Shown here in pieces: positions 38,105 to 50,035 of a stretch of 64,000 nucleotides of DNA. How positions within the stretch are numbered: the stretch's first letter is position 1; each line of letters opens with the position of its first letter. Source of the DNA: Octopus bimaculoides (lineage: Eukaryota); contig NC_068988.1 in NCBI RefSeq assembly GCF_001194135.2, positions 38,869,278-38,933,277 of the forward strand. Reading direction: 5' to 3'. The notes below the pieces were generated by a model that saw only the letters and a list, made by a program, of their open reading frames with translations, was not told the DNA's origin and did no database searches. A program made the translations under genes and the position numbers.

Positions 38105-39240
38105 CATCATCATCATCATCATCATCATCATCGTTTAACGTCCGCTTTCCATGCTAGCATGGGTTGGACGATTTGACTGAGGACTGGTGAAACCGGATGG
38201 CAACACCAGGCTCCAGTCTGATTTGGCAGAGTTTCTACAGCTGGATGCCCTTCCTAACGCCAACCACTCAGAGAGTGTAGTGGGTGCTTTTACGTGTCAC
38301 CCGCACGAAAACGGCCACGCTCGAAATGGTGTCTTTTATGTGCCACCCGCACAAGNNNNNNNNNNNNNNNNNNNNNNNNNNNNNNNNNNNNNNNNNNNNN
38401 NNNNNNNNNNNNNNNNNNNNNNNNNNNNNNNNNNNNNNNNNNNNNNNNNNNNNNNNNNNNNNNNNNNNNNNNNNNNNNNNNNNNNNNNNNNNNNNNNNNN
38501 NNNNNNNNNNNNNNNNNNNNNNNNNNNNNNNNNNNNNNNNNNNNNNNNNNNNNNNNNNNNNNNNNNNNNNNNNNNNNNNNNNNNNNNNNNNNNNNNNNNN
38601 NNNNNNNNNNNNNNNNNNNNNNNNNNNNNNNNNNNNNNNNNNNNNNNNNNNNNNNNNNNNNNNNNNNNNNNNNNNNNNNNNNNNNNNNNNNNNNNNNNNN
38701 NNNNNNNNNNNNNNNNNNNNNNNNNNNNNNNNNNNNNNNNNNNNNNNNNNNNNNNNNNNNNNNNNNNNNNNNNNNNNNNNNNNNNNNNNNNNNNNNNNNN
38801 NNNNNNNNNNNNNNNNNNNNNNNNNNNNNNNNNNNNNNNNNNNNNNNNNNNNNNNNNNNNNNNNNNNNNNNNNNNNNNNNNNNNNNNNNNNNNNNNNNNN
38901 NNNNNNNNNNNNNNNNNNNNNNNNNNNNNATACAGTCTGCCTTTTACTCTGAGTGAGAGTCCCTTTGTCGCCAGCAGGGGTAAGAGCTCTCTAAACTTTG
39001 CCCAGGCTATTCTTATTCTAGCAGCTACACTTTCAGCGCACCCACCCCCACTACTAACTTGGTCGCCCAGATAGCGGAAGCTATCGACTACCTCTAGTTT
39101 TTCACCCTGGAATGAGATAGAAGTTGTTTCCTGTTTGTTTGCAGTCTTTATTGCACCTGAACATCTGCCACAAACAAAAACGAACTTGCTAGTTAACCTG
39201 CCTTTGATGTTGCTGCACCTCTTATGTGTCCATAGCTTTC
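38105..39240 (-). mobile_element. 5'-truncated young RTE-clade LINE (interrupted by gap)
   Basis: Open frame 39238-38930: KLWTHKRCSNIKGRLTSKFVFVCGRC...LEVVDSFRYLGDQVSSGGGCAESVAARIRIAWAKFRELLPLLATKGLSLRVKGRLY. 3'UTR and (GAT)n tail at 38105-38355. Confidence 0.92.
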
Positions 39241-39489
39241 AGTGTTGATAAAATAGGTACCAGTCAAGTACTGGGGTTAATGTAATTGACTTGCCCCTTC
39301 TCTTAAAAGTTGCTCACCCTGTGCCAAAATATGAAACCATTATTTTCTTTGAGAATGTAAGGAGGAAATTTGATGCGATTTGTAGCAGATTGAGTACCCT
39401 CCTATAATCTGCTTTGTAGACTGCGACACATGGTAGATAGATTTGGATGGATTTTCTAAATTTCATTTTTCTTCTTGGCTGCTTCTTTG

Positions 39490-39700
39490 GTCATGACTTT
39501 CTACTTCATCAAAAATGAGTTGTGATGTCACTGGTGCCAAGCTATATTGGCCTTTGGTTTTCCCATGAATAACATTGGCGGTGTTGAGAGGGGGAGGCTG
39601 GTATGCATGGGTGACTGCTTGTCTTCCATGAACAACTTGTGCCTCGGAGGGTAACTTTCTAGGTGCAATCCCATGGTCATTCATAACCGAAGAGGGTCTT
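39490..39700 (+). mobile_element. SINE family G, 3' part
   Basis: Reverse complement of the 42395-42600 portion of the copy below. Confidence 0.8.
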
Positions 39701-40439
39701 TACTCTTTACATATATGAGAGAATAATCTGAATGCTAAAAGGTTAACCTACACCTACACCATCATTACTACCACTAATAACTGCTTTTAAGTTTGTCACC
39801 CTTTGACAAAGCACAACACAATACTCCTTGCCTTGGTCTATTTGTCTCTGAGAGGTTGTTAACCTATATTTTCTCATACAAGTAGGAATGATACTTTGTT
39901 GTAACAATATTTTTTTATTAAAACAAAATAAAAAAGAAAGAACTGAAAATGCTAGTAAAAGAAAAAAAAAAAAAGAAGCAAGCCCACAGATTTGTCAAAA
40001 CCTTACTAGTCATAATTACTCTATATATCTCAGAATATTTCTTGCCAAATTAGGAATCTCTCATTGAGTTTGTGGTGGTGGTGCTAACAAGAAGCTACCA
40101 TATTGCAGGACATTGTATTCCGGTTCATATATTCTACCATATTGTTATGGTGATTTATTTTAGACCCAGCTCCAGTCTGGTTGAGTAAACAAAATCAAAA
40201 GCATTTCCACTCATCTGGCCTCACTCATCTGGCCTCACTCCTCCAGACAGTGTATAGAAGACAATGCTATTGAGTGTATCATTTCTTTTCCAAGACTGTT
40301 TATAGTGTGATTTGAGGAAGGTTTGGCTGCAATTTCTAGTATGTCAGCTTGATGCTCCTTAATGCTAGTGTTTATATATCGATGTCTACTTTCTGATAAC
40401 CAATCATGTTTAATCAAAAGCTTTCGAAACTTCAATTTA

Positions 40440-40720
40440 GCCAACCTATTTTTACCCCTTCTATTCTCCACCCTCTTCTTTCATCTCTCCTTTTTTTCTT
40501 TTTCTTTTTCTCTCCCTTTTTTCCTTTTGTTCTTCCCCTATTCTTTATTATTTCATTTTAGTTTTCTTTCTTCACACTTCCCCCTGTACCTTTATTCCCC
40601 ACTTCCCCTCTTATTTTCTTCCCCCTTCTCCTACTCAGTCTTATTCTTCTCTCCTACCTTTGTTTTCCTCTTCTTTTCCTTCTCCATTCTCACCCCTCCT
40701 ATACCCTCATTCTCCATATG
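40440..40720. repeat. About 280-bp aperiodic pyrimidine-rich tract
   Basis: Almost only C/T on the + strand. Confidence 0.9.
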
Positions 40721-42394
40721 ATTAGATCTATGTTCAGGAACAGATTATATCTTGAATTCTTTAATGGTGCCACCACTACATTAACAGACAGAACTACTTT
40801 GGTTCTAGCTGATTGTTCCATTGCCCTCCAATATTGGAATTTAATGCAATAGCAAGTCTGCAGTTGTCAGTTCTTGTTTAGCCCCAAGTTAGCACTGATT
40901 GAATAGATCTATAATCAGGCATTCCAACGATGACCATCCTGTTTTTGTTTTTTTTGTTTTTTAGGAATAGAACTCTCTAGATCACATTATCAAGTGTATC
41001 ATTTTTTTTCTTTTTATAAATTGATAGTGTATGGTTTGAGGGACATTTCACTGCTGTCTCTTGGAGATTAATTGACCATATCAGGCTTCTTCATTGGCTC
41101 AGCTATCAGTAATAGAATGGTTACTGGGTTACTGTAGTGGAAACATTGTAGGTACAAACTTGCATTTGGTGTTTTATTATCATTGAGCTGAACATGTCAT
41201 TCTGCATTGCTTCAGTATACCTAGCTGTTGGCAATAGGTAACCAAATTACTTAGCAGTTAGATAGCAATATCACTTTATAAAAGCTATCTGAAATAAACT
41301 GCTGTCCTATCCAAGAAGTAGCTTTACTTTCAATGCCTTTTATACCGACAGTATAATAATTGACTGTGACAACTTTCTCGGTTAAAATTCACACTTATTA
41401 GATGAAATTAAATTACACTCTTTGGAATTATTGAAATTCCAGTCTTCAGAACCAAAAATTAGTATTAGTAAGAATTATTCAACTGCACCTATTCTCTCAA
41501 CAGTGCACAGATCTGGTTAATTAGTGAAGAAGTTTACTTTGCAATCATAAGTTCTGGGTTCAGTTCCACTGTGTATCTTGCCGAGCAAGAATTTTCCTAG
41601 CAAGGTATTGTGTCTATCAAAACCTTTTGAATGAAAACTGATTAGACAGAAACTTTGTGCGAACTTGTAGCATGGTTGGCATTCAAAGATCCATTCTTGT
41701 CACATCTTGCCATGGTGATTCTGTATAAACTTTATGGATTTATTGTCTGTGGAGTGTTTGGCAACTGAGAAAACTGGAATACTCTTCACCAGAACCAACA
41801 TAAGTTTTGCTATTTCCTTTACCAAATTTTGATTGTGTCTAAAAGAGAAAATATTAGCCAGCAGTAGGACAGTGGTGTTGTCAGAATGAGTAGATACAGA
41901 ACTGGGCTAAAAGCCAAACAGTATTTAAATTTGTTTTTGTTGATTCTGAGTTTTGAATTTCATTCCATTCCTTGCAGGATACATAAGCAGTAATATTATA
42001 TATACTAGGGTCAGTGGAGTCAACTATTTCTTCTCAGCCACTAAGTTGATCTTTGCACCTGATGGAATGAAATTATTCACTAACTGTAATAAACCTGTGC
42101 TGTACTTCACCTGTCCACTCATTATTTGACTCTACTGCACATTATGCACAAGTACCTAGGTATATGCACATTCACACCAACACATGCACTCTCATTCACC
42201 TACATGCACTCACATGTATACTTGCATGCACACAAATGCTGCCTAAGATATATATATATATGTGTATGTATGTTTATACTTAGATGCTCTTTCACATATC
42301 TTTGTAAATACACCCCCCTCTTCTTAGAACAATTGCTTTGAATGCAAAAAGTTGACTGTTTGTGTGGTTATTAGTATTTGGTAATAGAGTAAAG

Positions 42395-42715
42395 GCCCCT
42401 TTTGGTTATGAATGACCATGAAATTGCACCTAGAAAGTTACCCTCCGAGGCACAAGTCTGGGCTCAGTTGTGTATGGAAGACCAGCAGTCACCCATGCAT
42501 ACCCCCTCTCCATGCCACTGATGTTATCCATGGAAAAGACAAAGGCTGATACAGTTTAACACCAGTGACATCACAACTTATTTGTACAGCTTAGTAAACT
42601 GGAGCAACATGAAATAAAGTGTCTTGCTCAAGAACACAACACACAGCCTGGTCCAGGATTTGAACTCACTACCTCATGTTTGTGAGCCCAACACTCTAAC
42701 CACTCAGCTGCATGC
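42395..42715 (-). mobile_element. tRNA-derived CORE-like SINE, family G
   Basis: gtgtcttgctcaagaacacaac core; head ending ...ctctaaccactcagctgcatgcc. Confidence 0.82.
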
Positions 42716-43261
42716 CAGGCAATCCTGTATTACAATCAATACCAACAGTACTATCGCCATCACCATTATCATAATCACTACCAATACCATCACCACTACT
42801 ATACCAGTCATATAACTAACCACAAACTACACCAAAGAAGCCTTTATTAGGTCACTTGACTTACTAAAAATAGCAACCAAATTCTCTCAAATCACATTGT
42901 ATCATTAAAAAGAAAAAAGTAGGATACTTTAATCATTATAGATGTGTAGCTGTGCAAAATGATGAGTTGGTCAAGGCTGGAATGTCTTTGAATGAAGTTC
43001 TGTTTAATCAGAGCTGGTTGAGACTAAACAGCATCATCATCACCAGAACTATGTATCCTGGAAAACCAGATTAGCCACTTGGTTAATCTATTAGTGGTAT
43101 TCACATGCACTAGTGTTCACTACAGATGCACATACATAAAAGCATATGTACCCACACACTGCCACACATATACATGTAGACATAGTCACAATCACACACA
43201 TACATGTATATCTGCATGAACACATACACACACACACACACACACATATACATCTCTGCAT

Positions 43262-43318
<57 letters not shown>

Positions 43319-43644
43319 ATATATTTCCTCCTTTGTTTTGTTAGAAATTTATCTTGACTGGAAGTTGCTTTCAGAGGCATTTCATTTGCAGTTATGCTCT
43401 TGCAACCACCACTGCTACAGCAACAACCAGCAAAAATCCCTGCCATTACCACTTCAACCACAACTACAATTTCGGTTAACTATTCTTAATGTTTTAGGTT
43501 CAAATTCATTGAAAGTCAACTTTGTCATACATCCCTTGCTTCACGTTAAAATATATTGTACCAATCTAAGACTAGGTTTTATTTAACATTTCTATAAATC
43601 ATTCTAGATGCAAATGGAAATACAAAAGGATCTGATGAACCATC

Positions 43645-44070
43645 ATCATCATCGTTTAACATCCGCTTTCCATGCTAGCATGGGTTGGACAATTTGACTG
43701 AGGACTGGTGAACCAGATGGCTACACCAGGCTCCAATCTGATTTGGCAGAGTTTCTACAGCTGGATGCCCTTCCTAACGCCAACNNNNNNNNNNAACCAG
43801 ATGGCTACACCAGGCTCCAATCTGATTTGGCAGAGTTTCTACAGCTGGATGCCCTTCCTAACGCCAACCACTCCGAGAGTGTAGTGGGTGCTTTTATGTG
43901 TCACCGTCAGGTGGTACTGGCAACGGCCATGCTCAAAATGGTGTATTTTACGTGCCACCTGCACAGGAGCCAGTCCGGCCGGACTGGCAACGATCTCGCT
44001 TGAATGTCTTTACGTGTGCCACTGGCACAAGTGCCAGGAAGGTGACGCTGGGCACAGGTACCATCACGAT
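43645..44070 (-). mobile_element. Young RTE 3'UTR with (GAT)n tail
   Basis: Near-identical to 38105-38355. Confidence 0.9.
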
Positions 44071-44088
44071 TTCGCTTTCGCTTGCCCC

Positions 44089-44188
44089 AACATTATAGAG
44101 AGGGTGGGTAACGAAGCTGGCGCAGGTGGGGCTTTGATCAATTTAGATCAGTCTAAAGCCTTTGATAGGGTCAACCATCGATACCTGG
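44089..44188 (+). mobile_element. L1/Tx1-clade reverse transcriptase fragment
   Basis: NIIERVGNEAGAGGALINLDQSKAFDRVNHRYL contains the LD-x-x-KAFDRV non-LTR RT motif in its Tx1/L1-like form. Confidence 0.85.
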
Positions 44189-44603
44189 TTAGGGTTTTAG
44201 GGTTAGGGTTCGGGTTTTAGAGTTAGGGTTATGAGTATTTTTGCCAAATTTAGTGAAAATCTGTTCAATACTCTGCCACAAATTTTTCACCAAATTTGGC
44301 AAAAATACTCATAACCCTAACTCTAACTCTAAAACCCGAACCCTAATCCTAAAACCCTAAAGCTAAAACCAGTACAAATGCACAAACGATGTCATAAATA
44401 ACAGTACTGCCGATAGTTGTTGTTGACAAACAACGGCATTAATTTTATTCAAGGGAAAAGATTCCATTACACTGCCACAACGTGTTGTTAACAATCCACA
44501 TCAGTAATTGTTTTCACCTCAATTGACATCAGTGATTGGTTGAAATTACCGAAATACGACAACTTTTAACATGAAATAACTTCGAATATAAAAATTTTTC
44601 TCT
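44189..44603. repeat. Palindrome with TTAGGG-like outer arms (44189-44360), followed by repeat-like sequence
   Basis: Arms 44189-44260 and 44282-44360 are near-perfect reverse complements around a 21-bp spacer. Confidence 0.85.
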
Positions 44604-44613
44604 NNNNNNNNNN

Positions 44614-45390
44614 AACTTCCAAAGGTCCCTTGCCTGGCAGTGCTACCGAGGGGCGCTGCCTGTTCGAGATAAACTCTACCGGCACGGAAGTGCTGTCAGC
44701 CGGGCCTGCCTGAGGTGAGCTCAGGACGATGAGACTGGTCTGCATGCACTTGTCCAGTGCCCGAGTATTGCTGACCTGTGGGTTTATGTCGAACAGCTAC
44801 TGTCACGTGTAGGATGAATCCGGCTATCAGCTGAATCCATTGTGAAGATTGACCTGCCAACCTCCTTTAACCGGGAGGGCAAGGCAATTTTCCTATGTCT
44901 AGTGTCTGTAGCGAAAGAGGTGATATGGTGGACCCGCTTGAAAGGGCTAAAGTCAGACACTTTCCTCTTTGGCCAAGGCCTCATCAACCTTTTCAAATTC
45001 CACTTGAAAAGGAAGATGAGAATAGAGAGGGAAGTGCTGTCTCATAGCAATTTTGTTGAAAGGTGGGTGACTGTTGGAAGAATGGCCAGTATGAATGGAC
45101 CACTTCTGAGGCTACACCTGTAAAAAAAATGGTAATATAAAAGGAGAAGGGGCTCTATAGCTCCTTTTATTTCCTGACCAGGCTCCCGTGACTTTTATGG
45201 GTTTTTCCACTTGTAACCTTTTAAGCACCTCCCCCATTGGGAGTTTTATTTGCTATATCTTTCTCTATTTTTCATTGTTTACACGAATGTATTTTTTTCG
45301 GACAAAACCCTTTATAACCTTCAACTTGTCTTTGTCCTTGCATGTTTTTAATTTATATTTGTCCTTGTGGCCAATAAAGCAAGAATCAAT
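44614..45390 (+). mobile_element. L1/Tx1 ORF2 C-terminus (zf-RVT) pseudogene plus 3'UTR
   Basis: LAWQCYRGALPVRDKLYRHGS...RACLR*AQDDETGLHALVQCP..LW...AKEVIWWTR...FVERW; two in-frame stops; stop at 45123; AATAAA 45373-45378. Confidence 0.88.
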
Positions 45391-45391
45391 C

Positions 45392-45416
45392 ATTATTATT
45401 ATTATTATTATTATTA

Positions 45417-45466
<50 letters not shown>

Positions 45467-45533
45467 TCACTGCCTGGAATTGAACTTGGAATCTTGGGGT
45501 TAGTAGCCTGCACTCTTAACCACTACGCCATAT
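45392..45533 (-). mobile_element. Short tRNA-derived SINE with (AAT)n tail
   Basis: atggcgtagtggttaagagtgcaggctactaaccccaagattccaagttcaattccaggcagtgacctg then (AAT)n; A and B boxes present, no acceptor stem. Confidence 0.8.
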
Positions 45534-45599
45534 GGCGTAGTGGTTAAGAGCGCGGGCTACTAACATTCCTGACGTGGTGAATGCCTCACCCCCCACCCC

Positions 45600-45865
45600 A
45601 CTCCCGTGTACTAGCTCCTGTGCCAGTGGTACGTAAGTAGCACCGCCCAAACATAGTCGATGCCAGTGCCGCCTAGCTGGCTCCCATGCCGGTGGCATGT
45701 AAAAAGAACCCACTACGCTCTCGGAGTGGTTGGCGCTAGAAAGAGCATCCAGCTGTAGAAACCTTGCTAGATCAGATTGGAGCCTGGCACAGCCTACTGG
45801 CTTGCCAGTCCCCCACTAAACTGTCCAACCCATGCCAGTATGGAAAATGGACATTAAAACAGTGA
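45600..45865 (+). mobile_element. RTE 3'UTR repeat
   Basis: ccggtggcatgtaaaaag...ggagtggttggcg...catccagctgtagaaac. Confidence 0.85.
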
Positions 45866-46663
45866 TTTTATATATNNNNNNNNNNNNNNNNNNNNNNNNN
45901 NNNNNNNNNNNNNNNNNNNNNNNNNNNNNNNNNNNNNNNNNNNNNNNNNNNNNNNNNNNNNNNNNNNNNNNNNNNNNNNNNNNNNNNNNNNNNNNNNNNN
46001 NNNNNNNNNNNNNNNNNNNNNNNNNNNNNNNNNNNNNNNNNNNNNNNNNNNNNNNNNNNNNNNNNNNNNNNNNNNNNNNNNNNNNNNNNNNNNNNNNNNN
46101 NNNNNNNNNNNNNNNNNNNNNNNNNNNNNNNNNNNNNNNNNNNNNNNNNNNNNNNNNNNNNNNNNNNNNNNNNNNNNNNNNNNNNNNNNNNNNNNNNNNN
46201 NNNNNNNNNNNNNNNNNNNNNNNNNNNNNNNNNNNNNNNNNNNNNNNNNNNNNNNNNNNNNNNNNNNNNNNNNNNNNNNNNNNNNNNNNNNNNNNNNNNN
46301 NNNNNNNNNNNNNNNNNNNNNNNNCCTCTAGTCAATTTGTTCAACTAAAACCCACGAAGGCGATGCTCCAGCATGGCTGCAGTCAAATGACAGAAACAAG
46401 TAAAAGAATAAAATAGAATATGTTAATGGGTTTTTTTTTAATTATATTTTTTTCAAATGAACTTTCATTTGTTTTATTTTATTTTTTTACACTTTGAAAA
46501 ATGGCTTCTTGTTATTTAAAATATTTAATTTTTGTATCTATACTGTAATAACTAAAACTGGTATCTTATTTTTTATTTCTCTCTCTTTCTCTCTTTTCTT
46601 TATATATATATTTTTTTTTGTCTTTTGTTTATTTATTAATGTTTAATTTTTTCTTTTTGATAG

Positions 46664-46817
46664 ATTACAAGCATGTCCTGTCCATGTGAAATCCTTGCAC
46701 TTTCTCTTGCTTTCTCTCATGAATCAGAGGTTTACAAAATATCTGGCCGTATAAGATTACAAGGTCATCACAGTTGTTTGTTGAGCTTTGGGGTCAGTTC
46801 AGTTCTGAGCAAACAAG
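46664..46817 (+). CDS. Candidate exon; ATG 46673 gives 48 aa (MSCPCEILAL...VLSKQ) plus G, phase 1
   Basis: About 100-nt pyrimidine-rich tract ending tttttgatag; donor AAG|GTATTC; frame open throughout. Confidence 0.3.
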
Positions 46818-47528
46818 GTATTCCAGATGTGACCATACTACCATGTTTTTTTTTTTTATGACTAGCATTTTTTTTTTCTTTATTAAAATGTAATTTGAGA
46901 ATTTTCTGATTGCCACCTTGATTGATTGTGGATATTGGCCATGTTACTGTATGCATACCTCTCGCAAATGCATTTAAGAAGGTTGCTTGCTCAGAAGCCC
47001 TGAAACACAAGGAGTAGAAGTCAAACATATAACTGTACTATGTTTTATTTGTGGATCTCAAATAAAATGGAAGGGCATATTGGATAATGGTGTAGTCTTA
47101 TATATATATATAAAAAAAGCACAAAAAGGACTAGCTTGGATGGTCATGTTTGAAATGCTTTTGATAGCTCAGTTTGAGTTGATCTTGGTTACCCAACCCA
47201 TATATGGGCAAACTGAAAAAAGAAGTATCCTTGTTTGACAATGTTAGACTTAGCATTGTTCTATGACAAAAAAACAAAAAAATATTTACCAAAACAAATG
47301 AAGAAACCAAGATAATCTTTAGTTCATATATTTTGATTCCTCTGATTCAGACAGTTTATCATCAATTTTCGAATAAAACACACACACGCTCACACACACA
47401 CTCAGTCTTGCATTATTAAGAAAGGGTGACATATAAACAAACAAAATCAATAGATATTATTTTATAATGTCATTACAATTTTCATTAAAATTCTCAATTA
47501 AGTTATTGTTACATTAAGATAATGTAAT

Positions 47529-47567
<39 letters not shown>

Positions 47568-48015
47568 NNNNNNNNNNNNNNNNNNNNNNNNNNNNNNNNN
47601 NNNNNNNNNNNNNNNNNNNNNNNNNNNNNNNNNNNNNNNNNNNNNNNNNNNNNNNNNNNNNNNNNNNNNNNNNNNNNNNNNNNNNNNNNNNNNNNNNNNN
47701 NNNNNNNNNNNNNNNNNNNNNNNNNNNNNNNNNNNNNNNNNNNNNNNNNNNNNNNNNNNNNNNNNNNNNNNNNNNNNNNNNNNNNNNNNNNNNNNNNNNN
47801 NNNNNNNNNNNNNNNNNNNNNNNNNNNNNNNNNNNNNNNNNNNNNNNNNNNNNNNNNNNNNNNNNNNNNNNNNNNNNNNNNNNNNNNNNNNNNNNNNNNN
47901 NNNNNNNNNNNNNNTCTTTCTGTCTTTATTTACTTGGTAGTAACAATAACAATATCCTTACTGTGGTGATCAACAACAATACTAGCAAGGTAGAAGTAAC
48001 AGCAGCAAGAATGTG

Positions 48016-48058
<43 letters not shown>

Positions 48059-48299
48059 CAACAGCATCAACTTGAAGAGTATAGTCGATTCTATTGACAG
48101 TGCCAGTATTTGACTGGTATATATTATGTCATCTGTGCAGGATATGAAAGTCAAAGTGAACCTGGGTTAGACCTAGAATCAGATTGCCAATGGATATAAC
48201 CAAATACTATATGGTAGATTGTCCCCCAATCAATATCCTGATTCCACCCATCTACTGCAATTTTTAAATAAAGCACATGAATATTAAATACGGCTTTCA

Positions 48300-49350
48300 C
48301 TGTAAAACATTCCTTTTGTCAGCCATTGAATGGCAATGAACAATTTTGCACCTGCCAATCATCATTGGGGCCTATATGGTAGCAGACTTTCCTTTTGCTT
48401 CTTGTTAGCCATGCTGAAACCAGAGGCAAGGTAACCACTCCAGCCACACAGAAACTAATTTGTTTTATTATTTGCTGAAGACTTTCAGCTTTCTTGCATT
48501 TGCCATATCTGAGGGAGTGTTTCCTGCTTATCTTTGCAATTCACAAAACATTGTTCTGCTATTCTTTCTAAGTCCAGTAGCAGCCAATTGTATATCTAAC
48601 TGCACACCTATAATACCCTGTTGCCACTGAAATAACCATAGACTGTCTCTCCCATGTCTTACAAAATTCCATAAGTCCTTCATATTTCAGGCTGCCCTTT
48701 CATATACTTGCTCTATGAGTTCCATAAATTCTACAGTCACTACCTTTTCCTCAAGTCGTATAAAACAGTACCCTTAAGGTCAAGACATTACTTCATTGTT
48801 ATAATGTGTCTTGGCAACAGGAATACTTCATCTTAACTGCTTGGAAGTTCAAGTTATTAGCAGCATTCAGAAATCTAAGTCTTAGCATTCCTTTGCTCCT
48901 GCTTTTGCATTGCTCTTTCTTATCCTTCTTATGGAAAGCAACATGATGTAATTTATTGATTCTCATTACATTGATGCTGCTACAATGCTGTTCTAGTTCA
49001 TCAGCCAGGATATTCAAGAGTTGATCATGCCACCAAAAATACTTTCCAAGGAATGATGTACGTTTTGCTCGAACATACTCCAATGAAGCACAGTCGCCAT
49101 ATTGATGACAATCAGTAGCATCCTGGCTCCACTGTCTGATCCTTTCCATATTAACCCACCTGTGACCACTCACTTAGTGTTAGGTGCTCCAACCATACTC
49201 ACTTCTCTATGAAAGGAGTGATCTTCCGCACCCAAGTATCATCCTCAAATAACCATTACACCTCTGACTAAATTTGTACTGATTTCCTGAAGCTACAAGA
49301 CCTTGAAATCATCTTCCATTTAGGTGTGTTCAATCTTGTTGCCTTCAACA
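48300..49350 (-). mobile_element. Highly degraded LTR-retrotransposon (Gypsy-like) integrase relic
   Basis: Stop-riddled pieces resembling the integrase core (GARMLLIVINM; INKLHHVAF) and a GPY/F module (RKLKVF..; APMMIGRCKIV). Judged by eye only. Confidence 0.4.
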
Positions 49351-49555
49351 GCAAGAAAGGACAGCAAGAAAGGCACATGTAAAGAAAACATTATTACACT
49401 TTACACCCTAATGGACCCTAATGACTTCAGATATTAAGCCTCAGTACCAGTGAGCATTTCTCCTGGGAAATTCACCCTCAACATAGCAATGACTATCTTA
49501 AAGATTGGCCTTCCATTTTAGAACCAGAAAATACTTCAGTCCCCAGCAGTTATTA

Positions 49556-50035
49556 CAAAGCTTGGGTGAAACCTTCAACAATGCTTGGGTGAAACCGTCA
49601 ACAAAGCTTGGGTGAAACCATCAACAAAGCTTGGGTGAAACTGTCAACAAAGTTTGGGTGAAACCTTCTATAAAGCTTCAGTGAAACCCTCTACAAAGCT
49701 TTGGTGAAACCCTTTGCAGAGCTTGGATGAAATCCTCTACAAAGCTTGAGTGTAACCCTCTACAAAGCTTGGGTGAAACCCTCTACAAAGCTTGGGTGAA
49801 ACCCTCTACAAAGCTTGGGTGAAACCCTCTACAAAGCTTGAGTGAAACCCTCTACAAAGCTTGGGTGAAACCTTCTACAAAGCTTGGGTGAAACCCTCTA
49901 CAAAACTTGGGTGAAACCCTCTACAATGCTTGGGTGAAACCCTTTGCAAAGCTTGGGTGAAACCCTTTGCAAAGCTTGGATGAAACCCTTTACCAAGCTT
50001 TGATGAAGCCCTCTTACAAAGCTTTGGTGAAGCTC
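49556..50035. repeat. 23-bp minisatellite (ACAAAGCTTGGGTGAAACCCTCT), about 21 copies
   Basis: Head-to-tail units without spacers. Confidence 0.97.

Noticed and set aside
43720-43865. Direct duplication within the RTE 3'UTR
   Set aside because: Identical sequence on both sides of a 10-N gap suggests an unmerged contig overlap.
44189-44360. True telomere
   Set aside because: Short, degenerate, internal and palindromic rather than a terminal (TTAGGG)n array.
45462-45533. Functional tRNA-Ser(ACT) gene; likewise the tRNA-like heads at 11530-11597 and 29805-29875
   Set aside because: No acceptor stem or full cloverleaf; they run into SINE bodies or tails.
49556-50035. CRISPR-like array
   Set aside because: Units are contiguous with no unique spacers, there are no cas genes, and the context is eukaryotic.
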